A stretch of DNA of 64,000 bases from Candidatus Pelethousia gallinarum (GTDB taxonomy: Bacteria > Bacillota > Clostridia > Christensenellales > CAG-138). A model generated the notes under the pieces. That model had not been told where the DNA came from, did no database searches, and was given only the letters and a program-made list of their open reading frames with translations. The stretch covers positions 18,367-82,366 of the forward strand of contig DVHO01000104.1 of NCBI GenBank assembly GCA_018711995.1. The letters are read 5' to 3'. Positions 36,193 to 45,374 of this stretch are shown here, piece after piece. Both the position numbers and the translations under genes were made by a program. The number at the start of each line of letters is the position of its first letter. The first letter of the stretch is position 1.

Positions 36193-37497
36193 ATGGAATA
36201 CAACCAGAATAATTGGAACACAAATAATTCCAGCGGCAGCTATAGCGCCCAGGATGGTTATAATAACGACCGGCAACCCGATCGTCGGCCTCATAAAGGC
36301 GTTACGCTCACCCAAATGATCGCTTGTCTATTGGTGATGGCCGTGCTTAGCAGCGGCCTTACCGCCCTCCTTCTAAAGGGTGGCAATACGACCAGCCAAG
36401 CAGAGTCCACCACCACTACCCAGGACAACACCATTGTAGTGGATGAATCCAAATCCAACACCGAAGACAGTACCCAGAGCCAGCCGGCGGATACTGCGCG
36501 GCCCTCTGAAAACTTACAGGTATCCTCCGCTACCACGTTGACCCCTGCCATCACCTCCAGCGTGATCCAAAACAGCATGTCCAGTGTGGTAGGTATCTAC
36601 CTGAGCGCAACCACCATTAACTACACCGGCGCCTCTGAGGAAGAGGATCTGGGTAGCGGCAGCGGCGTGATCATCACCTCGGATGGCTATATCGTCACCA
36701 ACAACCATGTGGTAGAAGGTGGCCAGAATATCCGGGTGTGCTTGCAGGATGGTTCCGAATACGAAGCTACGCTCATTGGTACAGACTCCTATTCCGACCT
36801 AGCCGTGATCAAAATCGATGCCACCGGCCTGCCGGCTGCTACCCTCGGCGCTTCTAGTAACATGACTGTGGGCGACCCTGTATTTGCTATCGGCAATCCT
36901 TTGGGCGTGCTATCCAGCAGCGTAAGCCAGGGCATCATCAGCGGCCTAGACCGTACCATCAATGTGGACGGCCACAATATGACTCTTATGCAGACCGATG
37001 CAGCGGTCAATCCCGGTAACTCCGGCGGTGGCCTCTTTAACGCCAATGGCGAGCTGATCGGCATTGTAAACGCCAAGAGCTACGGTTTGGATGTGGAAGG
37101 TATCGGCTTTGCCATCCCCATGGACACGGCCAAATCCATTATCATGGATCTGATCGACCTGGGCTATGTGACCGGCCGGCCTTATCTGGGCATTAGCATG
37201 CAGGATGTAGCCCTTCGCTTTGGCAGCGGCTATTCCTCCAATCCCTTCTTCAGCTTTGGCGGCAACTATGTAACTGGCGTACAGGTTGTTGCGGTTGAGG
37301 AAGGTAGCCCCGCGCAAAATGCTGGCTTGCAGGTAAATGATGTTATCGTTGGTCTTAACGACCAGGAAATTACCGGCACCAGCCAACTTTCCGCCCTGCT
37401 CTATGAATATAAAGTGGGCGATACGGTAACAATATCCGTATTGAGAGGCAACGAGACCCAGCAGCTTAGCGTTACCTTGGGTTCTCGGGAATCCTAA
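36193..37497 (+). CDS. htrA: HtrA/DegP-family serine protease with PDZ domain
   Basis: N-terminal TM anchor, a catalytic triad context (TNNHVV, DLAVIKI, GNSGGGLF) and a C-terminal PDZ domain. Confidence 0.9.
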   Translation: MEYNQNNWNTNNSSGSYSAQDGYNNDRQPDRRPHKGVTLTQMIACLLVMAVLSSGLTALLLKGGNTTSQAESTTTTQDNTIVVDESKSNTEDSTQSQPADTARPSENLQVSSATTLTPAITSSVIQNSMSSVVGIYLSATTINYTGASEEEDLGSGSGVIITSDGYIVTNNHVVEGGQNIRVCLQDGSEYEATLIGTDSYSDLAVIKIDATGLPAATLGASSNMTVGDPVFAIGNPLGVLSSSVSQGIISGLDRTINVDGHNMTLMQTDAAVNPGNSGGGLFNANGELIGIVNAKSYGLDVEGIGFAIPMDTAKSIIMDLIDLGYVTGRPYLGISMQDVALRFGSGYSSNPFFSFGGNYVTGVQVVAVEEGSPAQNAGLQVNDVIVGLNDQEITGTSQLSALLYEYKVGDTVTISVLRGNETQQLSVTLGSRES

Positions 37498-37603
37498 TCA
37501 ACCAAACTCTGGTCATCCCGGCCACATGGGAGCCCCCACTCCCGGCCGATGACAATACCCCCAACCATCTTCCGCCCCTCGCTTTCCCCGGCAGGGGCGG
37601 GCA

Positions 37604-37642
37604 AAAGGTTCCATGGTTTTCCATGGGCCTTTTGTCGTTTTG
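37604..37642 (+). terminator. Intrinsic terminator candidate after htrA
   Basis: AAAAGGT(T)CCATGG-tttt-CCATGGGCCTTTT followed by GTCGTTTT. It is preceded by two further hairpins (37511-37556, 37575-37603). Confidence 0.55.
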
Positions 37643-37836
37643 GGAGAGAGGGCTCTAGCTTATTCTCGGTTTGTGGGCTGTAAGGAAGCGGTTCTCCTCC
37701 CCCGCCGCTTGCCCTGCCGGTTACCTCACCGCAAAGTCCGGCTGGCCTGTTGTTGCTTGCGATACACCGGCCGTGCCCCTTCCTCTATGCCTTCCTGGGC
37801 CGCGCCGGCCCATAGGGGGATGCGGTCGCCCAGGGG

Positions 37837-37974
37837 GCCGGGGGGCGGGGCGGCGGTTTTGCAGCAGCGGGGCCGGCTTTGCCGGCCCCGCTGCCGCAAA
37901 ACGAGACGCCGGCGGCCAAAGGCCGCCGGCGTCACGGCGCGCTGCGCGCGCCCGCCGCCCCCGCCCCCCGGCCG
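37837..37974. repeat. Nested G/C-rich palindrome: ~21-bp outer inverted repeat enclosing two near-perfect hairpins
   Basis: The outer arms are GGCCGGGGGGCGGGGCGGCGG (37837-37857) and CCGCCGCCCCCGCCCCCCGGCC (37953-37974), complementary with one bulge. Inner hairpin 1: GTTTTGCAGCAGCGGGGCCGGC-TTTG-CCGGCCCCGCTGCCGCAAAAC. Inner hairpin 2: GACGCCGGCGGCC-AAA-GGCCGCCGGCGTC. Confidence 0.7.
37898..37934 (-). terminator. Intrinsic terminator of the cdaA-led array
   Basis: Minus RNA forms a perfect 13-bp stem, GACGCCGGCGGCC-uuu-GGCCGCCGGCGUC, followed by UCGUUUUG. A second 22-bp hairpin follows immediately. Confidence 0.7.
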
Positions 37975-38012
37975 TAGCGATTCCCGGGAAGGCAGGCGCG
38001 ATCGTCGTTTCG

Positions 38013-39719
38013 TTAGGAGAACAATCCCTTGATCCAAGCCCAGATCTGCTGGAAAATGTTTGCATTCCCTTGGCCCTCCGCCGCCTCCGCCTGAGGCGTA
38101 GGGGTGGGAATGGGCAGCTCGGGCTCGATCTCCTCGACGGTAAAGATAAACTGTACGCTTCCATTTTCCACTTCTTTGGCGGCGGAAAATTCATTATATC
38201 CATCGGAGAGATCCAGCAGCGCGTCCTTGCGGGAAAGGGATACGTTGATGGAGCTGGTCTCATCCACCAGTTCCTGCATACCATCCCGATGGAATTCCCG
38301 CAGCCCGTCGTATAGCTCGTCTATGCCGTCCGTTAGCTCGGCGGAGCCGTCCGCCAGCTCCACCGCGCCATCCGCCAGTTCATCCGCCCCGCCGGCCAGG
38401 TCGTATAGGCCCCACGCCAGCTCGTATGCCCCGTCATACAGCTCCTTGACCCCGGTGCGCAGGGCGCCGATGCCGCTGAGCAGCTGCTGCATCTTGGCCT
38501 GCATTCCCGCTATCGCTTCCAGGGCAGCCGTAGCCTCTTCCAGGGCGGTCTGCAATGTTTGAATATAGGTTATCAGGGTCATTGCGTTTTGCGCATTAGT
38601 AGGATCAGTTACTTGTGTCTGTAGCCACGCCATGGCATCTTCTATCTGCTCGCTGCCGCTACCCGTATCGCCGCCTTCGCCGCCGGAGCCGCCGCCCATG
38701 CTGCCCATTGCTTCCAGTTCCTTATACAGCTTATCTATGCCGTCATAGGTCTGGCCGATGCCGTCGGTAAGCTGGGCGCCGCCGTCCGCCGCTTCCAGGG
38801 CGCCGTCCGCCAGCTCCCTGGCCCCGTCCGCAAATTCCACCGCGCCGTCGGTATATTCCTGGCTGCCGTCCCGCAGCTCCTTGGCGCCGTCCCGCAGCTT
38901 ACGGGTGGCGTCCTCCATTTCGTCCAAGCCATCCATCAAGTCCTGCACATCGTCGATGCCGGAAAGGTCGCTTTCGTCCACCAGGCCCACCATGCCGATC
39001 AGCGTGGCTTCCGGCAGGGAAAGGTTCCGCACATCCGTCTCAATGGTGAGGGTATCCTGGATGCTTTCGTTGTCCAGATCATCCAGGCTTTCCCTTAGGC
39101 CGGGCATCAGCACCCCCATCACCGTATTAGTACCGGCCTGATTGGTGAGCTTCCCGCTGGTGGTCACGTTGGAAAAGGTCTCGTCAAAGGTGTACATGCA
39201 GATCACCGTAAAGGGCACATACATATCCACCGCTTCCTCATCCACGGTGACCATATGCATTTCCCGATTGGTCACCTGAATGGTAATGCAAAGGTGCCCG
39301 CTCTGCCCCGCCAGTTCCGCCGCCTGTACCCGCTTGCCATCCAGGGTATAGGTGATAGAAATAGAGAAGGGAAGCGCATCCCCTTCCCCATTCCCCTGGT
39401 AGATCACGTCCTCCCCATCCGCCTTGAAGGTGACGGCCTGTCCCTCTACGGTGGGGGAATCCAGGCCCGCAATGTTTTTGATGTTGGTCAGGGTGGTATA
39501 ATCGGTGAGGCTGTCCTCCTTGGAAGGGTTCCCCAGGTATACGCTGGATGCCACGCTGGTAATGTTGCCGTCGGCGTCCATATCCACATATACCGACTCA
39601 TCCCGCCGGGCGGGTTCCGCGGCGTAGGCGACGCGAGCCAGCAGCAGAGAGGCTGCGCTAATGAGGAACAGCGCGGCCAATATCCAACAAATGATCCGTA
39701 CGATACGACGTTTTTGCAT
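38013..39719 (-). CDS. Secreted/anchored protein with xxxLxxG-type heptad repeats (YhgE/Pip N-terminal-domain-like), lacking a polytopic C-terminal domain
   Basis: I place the start at MQKRRIVRIICWILAALFLISAASLLLARVAYA (Met52 of the track ORF, AAAGGAAG SD), 44 nt after the FtsX gene. There are two blocks of 7-residue periodicity (LRDGAKE LRDGSQE YTDGAVE FADGARE LADGALE ...). Confidence 0.7.
   Translation of the reverse strand: MQKRRIVRIICWILAALFLISAASLLLARVAYAAEPARRDESVYVDMDADGNITSVASSVYLGNPSKEDSLTDYTTLTNIKNIAGLDSPTVEGQAVTFKADGEDVIYQGNGEGDALPFSISITYTLDGKRVQAAELAGQSGHLCITIQVTNREMHMVTVDEEAVDMYVPFTVICMYTFDETFSNVTTSGKLTNQAGTNTVMGVLMPGLRESLDDLDNESIQDTLTIETDVRNLSLPEATLIGMVGLVDESDLSGIDDVQDLMDGLDEMEDATRKLRDGAKELRDGSQEYTDGAVEFADGARELADGALEAADGGAQLTDGIGQTYDGIDKLYKELEAMGSMGGGSGGEGGDTGSGSEQIEDAMAWLQTQVTDPTNAQNAMTLITYIQTLQTALEEATAALEAIAGMQAKMQQLLSGIGALRTGVKELYDGAYELAWGLYDLAGGADELADGAVELADGSAELTDGIDELYDGLREFHRDGMQELVDETSSINVSLSRKDALLDLSDGYNEFSAAKEVENGSVQFIFTVEEIEPELPIPTPTPQAEAAEGQGNANIFQQIWAWIKGLFS
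38306..38480 (-). repeat. 21-nt periodic coding repeats (heptad block 2)
   Basis: Encodes ELYDGAYELAWGLYDLAGGADELADGAVELADGSAELTDGIDELYDG. Recurrent gccgtc(c/g)gcc..ctc units are visible in the DNA. Confidence 0.55.
38735..38905 (-). repeat. 21-nt periodic coding repeats (heptad block 1)
   Basis: Encodes KLRDGAKELRDGSQEYTDGAVEFADGARELADGALEAADGGAQLTDGIGQTYDGIDKLY. Confidence 0.55.
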
Positions 39720-39763
39720 AGTAAGCGTTACTTCCTTTCGTCCTTCCAGGGGTAGCAAAATGC

Positions 39764-42271
39764 CTATTCCGCGCTCTTGAGGGATTCCACCATATCGATG
39801 GAACGAACCTTCTTGCGCATCATCAAATTCACCAGCATGGAAAATACCACGGTCAACAGGAAGGAATAGCAATAGCTGGCTGTTCCCGCATCCCGTACAA
39901 ACATCACTAGATCCACCTCGCAGGTGCGTATCACGAAATTGTGCATGACCTTTCCGAAAGCCAGCCCCACCGCTGCGCCAACCACCGCCAAGGTGTTGTT
40001 TTCCCGGAAGATGTATTGATACATCTCCTTATCATAAAAGCCCAGCACCCGCAGGGTAGCCAATTCCCGTTTTCGCTCTCCCAGGTTGATGTTGGTCAGG
40101 TTCAGCATCACCACAAAGGTGAGCAGGGCGGAGCCTACGATCAGCACCAGGGTCACATAGTTGAGCACTCCCAGGGTGTTGTTCATGTCCTCGTAGAGGC
40201 TGATAAGCTCCTGCACGGTATACATGCGGCTCTCCTTGAGCAGGTCCTCCATCACCTGGTTGCGATCCGCCTCGGTAAGCCCTTCCGCCAGGTTCAGCAT
40301 AAAGCCGTTGTATTCTAGAGTTTTATCGAATACTTTCTGGTAATAGGCTTCGGACATGTACACGTAATGATGCACATAGCTTTCCGCAATGGCGCTTATC
40401 GTTACCTCATAGGATTGGCCCCCGGAGATCACGGAGAAGGTGTCTCCAGCCTCCAGGTCGAAAATCTCCGCCAGTTTATAGGTGATAATAGCCCCGTCAT
40501 CCCCTAGGGTGAGGGGGGTGCCGTCCATCTCCCGCAGCTGGATCTTTCCCTGTAGCTCCCCATTATCCCGCACAGCCAGCACGTGGACGTTGCCTGTGCG
40601 CTGTTCTTCGCTTTGGGCGTCGCAGATGGTATCGTTGCAATACATTACCGAGGTGGCCTGGGCATAGGCCGGGTTGCTTTCCAGCAGGTTTTCCATTTCC
40701 TCTCGGGGCAGGGGCTCATAGGTATAGGCCTGGATGTCCATCTGCCAGATATCGTTGAATTGAAGGTCCACGATGCCAAATATGGATTTTTTTACCCCAA
40801 ACCCGGTCACCAGCAGGGAGCAGCTGCCGGCGATGCCCACAATGCTCATGAAAAAGCGTTTTTTATACCGCAGGATGTTCCGTACCGTCACCTTCCAGGT
40901 GAAGTTGAACCGCTTCCACAGGAAGGGAATTCGCTCCAGGATAACCCGCTTGCCGGCCTTGGGGGCTTTGGGGCGCATCAGGGTAGCGGGCACCTCCTTT
41001 AAAGACATGCCGCTGGCAGCCAGGGTGGCAAGGCCCGTACAGGCTAGGATGGACAGGATGCTGGCCCAGGCGATATCCGGCCGGAAGGGCATCTGGATAT
41101 CCGGGATGCGGTACATGATGGAATAAGCGCTCAGGATCACACCGGGGAACAGCTTAAAGCCGATCACGCAGCCGATCATGCCGCCGCTTACACAAGCGAC
41201 CCCTGCATAGAGCATGTACTTACATGCAATGGTAAAGGTATTGTAGCCCAAAGCCTTTAGCGTACCCATCTCGATCCGCTGCTCCTCCACCATGCGGGTC
41301 ATGGTGGTCAGGCTCACCAGCGCCGCCACGATGAAAAAGATCAAAGGGAATACGTCCCCCACGGCAGCGATGCGCTCGGTATTGTCCCGATAGTCGCTGT
41401 AGCCCGCATTGGCGCTGCGATCGTCCACATACCAGCTGCCGTCCACGGTTTCCCCATAGGCTTCAATGGCGTCGGACGCTTCGGCCACCAGGTCGTCATA
41501 TTCCTGGGAAAAGGAGGAAAGCCCTTCCGGTTTTTTGAGCACCACTTCCGCCTGGGTGTAAGTGGTTTGCAGCAGGGCGGCAATGGGCAGCTTGCTGCCC
41601 AGCTTGCCCAGGGCGTTGCCCCCGGCATAGGCAAAGCCGTCGGAGCTGCCGTTGCCGATGGTGCTGTTTCCCCGCTCGAAAATGCCCACGTATTTGGGGC
41701 TGAATACGCCCCCCACCACCCGCAGCTCCACAGATCCGCTATCCGTACGGAAGGTCACATAATCCCCAAGGTCAAGCTGCAAGGTGGATAGCAGCTGATC
41801 ATCCAGCGCGACCTCCTTATCCGTGAGGGGCAAGCGTCCCGAGGTAAGCTCCGGTACGTTTACAAGCGTCTGCGCTTCTGTGTCGATATCATAGCTGGGT
41901 AAATTGAACCCCACCGGCCGCTCTTCCGGCTCCTTGATCGGCAGGGAAATCAGATGTACGTTTTGCTCCTCCCCATTTTGGGTGGTCATCATGGCGTCCA
42001 TGGATAACTCCGGCTGCACCATTTCCACCTGGGGCATAGCCCGCATGGCGTTGATGTCATCCTCCGTCAGGCCCTGGGAGGACATCACCGTAAGGTCCGA
42101 TAGGTTATCCCGTTCAAAAAGCCGGTCTCCCGCTTCGATCATATCCGGGCTGGCTGCCCGAATCCCTGCAAAAAAGGCGCACCCCAACGCCGATATGGCG
42201 AATATCGACAGAAACCGGGGTGTGTTTTTTTTCACCTCGCGTATCAGGTTATAGAGCAGGAATCGATTCAT
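39764..42271 (-). CDS. ABC transporter permease with two FtsX/MacB-type modules (835 aa)
   Basis: N-terminal TM segment, a large extracytoplasmic domain and 3 TM segments, and then the same arrangement repeated. This is typical of the duplicated FtsX-like permease family. 3-nt gap to the ATPase gene. Confidence 0.8.
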   Translation of the reverse strand: MNRFLLYNLIREVKKNTPRFLSIFAISALGCAFFAGIRAASPDMIEAGDRLFERDNLSDLTVMSSQGLTEDDINAMRAMPQVEMVQPELSMDAMMTTQNGEEQNVHLISLPIKEPEERPVGFNLPSYDIDTEAQTLVNVPELTSGRLPLTDKEVALDDQLLSTLQLDLGDYVTFRTDSGSVELRVVGGVFSPKYVGIFERGNSTIGNGSSDGFAYAGGNALGKLGSKLPIAALLQTTYTQAEVVLKKPEGLSSFSQEYDDLVAEASDAIEAYGETVDGSWYVDDRSANAGYSDYRDNTERIAAVGDVFPLIFFIVAALVSLTTMTRMVEEQRIEMGTLKALGYNTFTIACKYMLYAGVACVSGGMIGCVIGFKLFPGVILSAYSIMYRIPDIQMPFRPDIAWASILSILACTGLATLAASGMSLKEVPATLMRPKAPKAGKRVILERIPFLWKRFNFTWKVTVRNILRYKKRFFMSIVGIAGSCSLLVTGFGVKKSIFGIVDLQFNDIWQMDIQAYTYEPLPREEMENLLESNPAYAQATSVMYCNDTICDAQSEEQRTGNVHVLAVRDNGELQGKIQLREMDGTPLTLGDDGAIITYKLAEIFDLEAGDTFSVISGGQSYEVTISAIAESYVHHYVYMSEAYYQKVFDKTLEYNGFMLNLAEGLTEADRNQVMEDLLKESRMYTVQELISLYEDMNNTLGVLNYVTLVLIVGSALLTFVVMLNLTNINLGERKRELATLRVLGFYDKEMYQYIFRENNTLAVVGAAVGLAFGKVMHNFVIRTCEVDLVMFVRDAGTASYCYSFLLTVVFSMLVNLMMRKKVRSIDMVESLKSAE

Positions 42272-42274
42272 TTT

Positions 42275-42976
42275 TCACCATTCAATATCCTGGATCGGGA
42301 TGGGTTTTTCGTTTCTACGGGAGCTGGAAACGCGGCCATTTTTGATCTTCACAACGATGTCCGCCATGGGCGCCAAAGCGGAATTGTGGGTGATGATGAT
42401 CACCGTCATCCCCTCTTTGCGGCAGGTATCCTGTAACAGCTGCAACACCTGTTTGCCGGTCTGGTAATCCAGGGCGCCGGTGGGCTCATCGCATAGCATA
42501 AGCTTGGGGTTCTTGGCCAAGGCCCGAGCAATGGCCACCCGCTGCTGTTCGCCGCCGGAAAGCTGGGCGGGAAAATTGGTAAGCCGTTCCCCTAACCCTA
42601 CCCCGATCAGGGTATCCTTTGCCGGCCGGGGGTCCTTGCAGATTTGGGAGGCAAGCTCCACGTTTTCCAAGGCCGTAAGGTTTTGCACCAGGTTGTAGAA
42701 CTGAAACACAAACCCTACCGTCTCCCGACGGTAGCGGGTCAGCTGCCGGTTGGAGTATTGCTCGATATGCTCCCCATCCACCACGATCTCTCCGCTGGTG
42801 CAGCTATCCATCCCCCCCAGGATATTCAACAGGGTGGTTTTTCCCGCGCCGCTGGGGCCTACCACCACGCAAAGTTCCCCCTTTTCCAGCTGAAAATCCA
42901 CGCCCGATAGGGCATGAATGGTCACTTCCCCCATCACATATTCCTTGGTCACGCCGCTTAACGCAATATATGCCAT
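42275..42976 (-). CDS. ABC transporter ATP-binding protein (MacB/LolD-like)
   Basis: [27 protein letters not shown] and [12 protein letters not shown]. Confidence 0.9.
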   Translation of the reverse strand: MAYIALSGVTKEYVMGEVTIHALSGVDFQLEKGELCVVVGPSGAGKTTLLNILGGMDSCTSGEIVVDGEHIEQYSNRQLTRYRRETVGFVFQFYNLVQNLTALENVELASQICKDPRPAKDTLIGVGLGERLTNFPAQLSGGEQQRVAIARALAKNPKLMLCDEPTGALDYQTGKQVLQLLQDTCRKEGMTVIIITHNSALAPMADIVVKIKNGRVSSSRRNEKPIPIQDIEW

Positions 42977-42977
42977 G

Positions 42978-43541
42978 CTATGCTCCTTCTTTCAGCCGGA
43001 TATGCTTCTGGGCAAAGGCCTGCCCGAAAATTCCCCGATATAGCCGGTCCATGGAGGGCAATAACCTGGCCCCAACCGTTCCGGGGCCTGTCATGATACA
43101 ATAATGTTCCTCCAAGATGCTGGCTTTCAGCTGGGTCATCCGGCAGCCGTTCCGCTGATAAAACGCAATGCGCCGCTCCCGCTTGACCCGGTCCTGTTCA
43201 TCCAGGGAAAAGGCGGGGTCCTCCACCTCCAGCACCAGGCCGGGCACCTGAGCGCAAACCGCCTGGAAAAAGGCGCTACCATAACCCTTGGAGCGGAAGC
43301 TGGGTTCGATGGCGTAGTAATCCAGCAAAGTGTTGCCAGCCTGCCGGCCGGGTTTATAAAACAACATATAGCCCACCCGGGCGCCTTCCTCAAAATAGCC
43401 GTATCCCATATACCGGCCTTGGAGCCACAGGTATAAAATCCGCCAGAGGGGCTTGATCTCCCCTTTATGAAAATCCCGCGCCATAGAGCCGTGGATTCGA
43501 ATCAATTCAAGCAGTGTCAATTTGCGGGTGTTTCCTTGCAT
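42978..43541 (-). CDS. GNAT family N-acetyltransferase
   Basis: 187 aa. AIEPSFRSKGYGSAFF is an acetyl-CoA-binding motif A-like sequence. 1-nt gap to the ABC ATPase gene. Confidence 0.7.
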   Translation of the reverse strand: MQGNTRKLTLLELIRIHGSMARDFHKGEIKPLWRILYLWLQGRYMGYGYFEEGARVGYMLFYKPGRQAGNTLLDYYAIEPSFRSKGYGSAFFQAVCAQVPGLVLEVEDPAFSLDEQDRVKRERRIAFYQRNGCRMTQLKASILEEHYCIMTGPGTVGARLLPSMDRLYRGIFGQAFAQKHIRLKEGA

Positions 43542-43559
43542 TTTTCCTTTCCTTTCACT

Positions 43560-45371
43560 TTATTTGATCATCACCCCGATGATCTTCTGGCCTTCACCAC
43601 GGCCATACTGACCCCGGGTGCCCACCACCAGCATGTTGTTGAATACCGCCGGGGTGGACTCAATGCGAGAGCCTAAATCCACTTCGCAAATCTGTTGGCC
43701 GCTGATCCCGTCATACATGCGCAATAGGCCGTTGCGGTCGCATTGGAGCACATAGCCCTTTTCGTTTTGGTCATAGATCACCACCGGGCTGGCCCAGTAG
43801 CCGGAGATCTGTTCCACCTGCCAAACCACCTCCCCGGTATCCTTGCTCCGGGCCACGAGCAAGCCGCCGTATTGGGCCTGGCCCTCCACCGTCACTGACA
43901 CGTCGGAGCAGGCGAAGATCACCAGATCCTCCAAGTCCCCTTTCCCCACATGGGGGGTGGCCATGGTACCCTCATCCAGGGCTGCCGGGATGGAATAGGA
44001 CCACAGGGTCTCCCCGGTCAACCCGTCGATCTTTCGATGGATGGTCTCTCCCACCCCGTCTGTGGCTCCCCGGCTGGATACCTTGTTGCCGCCATACAGG
44101 TAAATGGTCCCGTCTGCCGGCGCTTCTTCCAGCACCATGGTGGCGTCCTGGTCATCCCCCACATCGGAAACATAGAGCAATTCCAAGGTATTCAGATCTA
44201 CGCATTGGAGATAACCGCCATTGTCGGCAAAGAAGCCGTAATTCCGCCAAATGGTCAGGGAATCTTCCATCCCCCACCAGCGTTTGTTATCGCTCTCCCC
44301 GTAGCCGGTAGCGGTATAGGTATATTTTTCCGGCGGGTCCGGATTCAAGGAAAGGGTGCCTGCCTGGGGATCGTAGCTGGTATGAAGCTTGCAGGTATAC
44401 AGCACCCCGTTTTCCCCTACGGTGAGCAGGGTATCCGTGGCCGCGTCCAATAGGGGGCTGGCGTCAAAGGCCTGCCACAGCCGAGGCGAAAAGGGGTCCC
44501 GCCCGCCTAGGCTCCAGATCTCCTGGTTGTCGATGAGGGAGATGGCCCGAATCCAGGCCCCCATGGTCTGCTTGGGCTCCGTTGGGGTGGGGATGCCCTG
44601 CCCCACGAACAGCAAAGGATATCCCCGGGGATCCAGCATGGCCGTACCCTTGAATACCTGTCCCAGGTCGATGGGCGCCCGGGTCTCCAGGCCGGTGGAA
44701 AGCTCCATAAAGTAGATCTTCCCATCCATGGCCGGATAGATCACCTCGGTAAAGCCTTCTTTTTCCTTAAAGCTATCGTATATGCCCAGGGTCGCCCGTA
44801 CCGAATCCTCCCACTGGACGATCAGGGGCTGTCCCGTCCAACCGGTGCCGGTCCAGGTGCCGTTTTCCGGGGTGGCCAGGGAACCGGTGGATACCTCCCA
44901 GCTGCGGCTCAGCTTGGCCTCGTTGACCACCTGCTCCCCATAGGTAAAGGTATTGCGCCAATGGTTCCCCCCAAAGGTGGTGATCCCCTTCACCCCCGCC
45001 GCATACTCGGTATCCGAACCAAACAAGATGCCTTCCGGCCGCTGGTAGGTTTGCACCTCCTGCTTGTTCGCCATGATCCGGGTGGTAAACCCGGCCGCGG
45101 ATATGGAGGCGGCGTCCTTTTGGATGGTCACCTGTTCCGGCAGGTCCGTGGCAGGCGGCGGGGTGGATAAAGCGGTTTCTGCCGGAGGCGGTGTGTTCTC
45201 TGGCTGCTGCTTCTTCCCGATGGCTGCAATGCCTGCCGCCACCAAACGGTACAATCCATACAGCAAACCCAAGATCAAACAAAGAAAAACCAGCAGCACC
45301 AGGATACGCCGGCGCACATATTTCCGGCTGATTTTTTTGTTGCGCGGGACGCTCCGTTTGCCGCTAGCCAT
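43560..45371 (-). CDS. Membrane-anchored PQQ-like/BamB-like beta-propeller repeat protein
   Basis: 603 aa. Basic N-terminus plus a TM segment (ILVLLVFLCLILGLLYGLY), a Pro-rich linker, then repeated DGxIY-type blades (AMDGKIYFMELSTG, GENGVLYTC, DNGGYLQCVDLNT, DGTIYLYGG, DRNGLLRMYDGISG). Confidence 0.65.
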   Translation of the reverse strand: MASGKRSVPRNKKISRKYVRRRILVLLVFLCLILGLLYGLYRLVAAGIAAIGKKQQPENTPPPAETALSTPPPATDLPEQVTIQKDAASISAAGFTTRIMANKQEVQTYQRPEGILFGSDTEYAAGVKGITTFGGNHWRNTFTYGEQVVNEAKLSRSWEVSTGSLATPENGTWTGTGWTGQPLIVQWEDSVRATLGIYDSFKEKEGFTEVIYPAMDGKIYFMELSTGLETRAPIDLGQVFKGTAMLDPRGYPLLFVGQGIPTPTEPKQTMGAWIRAISLIDNQEIWSLGGRDPFSPRLWQAFDASPLLDAATDTLLTVGENGVLYTCKLHTSYDPQAGTLSLNPDPPEKYTYTATGYGESDNKRWWGMEDSLTIWRNYGFFADNGGYLQCVDLNTLELLYVSDVGDDQDATMVLEEAPADGTIYLYGGNKVSSRGATDGVGETIHRKIDGLTGETLWSYSIPAALDEGTMATPHVGKGDLEDLVIFACSDVSVTVEGQAQYGGLLVARSKDTGEVVWQVEQISGYWASPVVIYDQNEKGYVLQCDRNGLLRMYDGISGQQICEVDLGSRIESTPAVFNNMLVVGTRGQYGRGEGQKIIGVMIK

Positions 45372-45374
45372 GGA

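Noticed and set aside
37613-38315. Three overlapping ORFs (139, 214 and 187 aa) in the GC-rich spacer after htrA
   Set aside because: They are Arg/Pro/Gly/Ala-rich translations of palindromic GC-rich DNA and run through terminator hairpins. Two of them (37671-38315, plus strand, and 37721-38284, minus strand) also run into the heptad-repeat gene: the plus-strand one antisense to it, the minus-strand one in a different frame. They have no SD and no domain.
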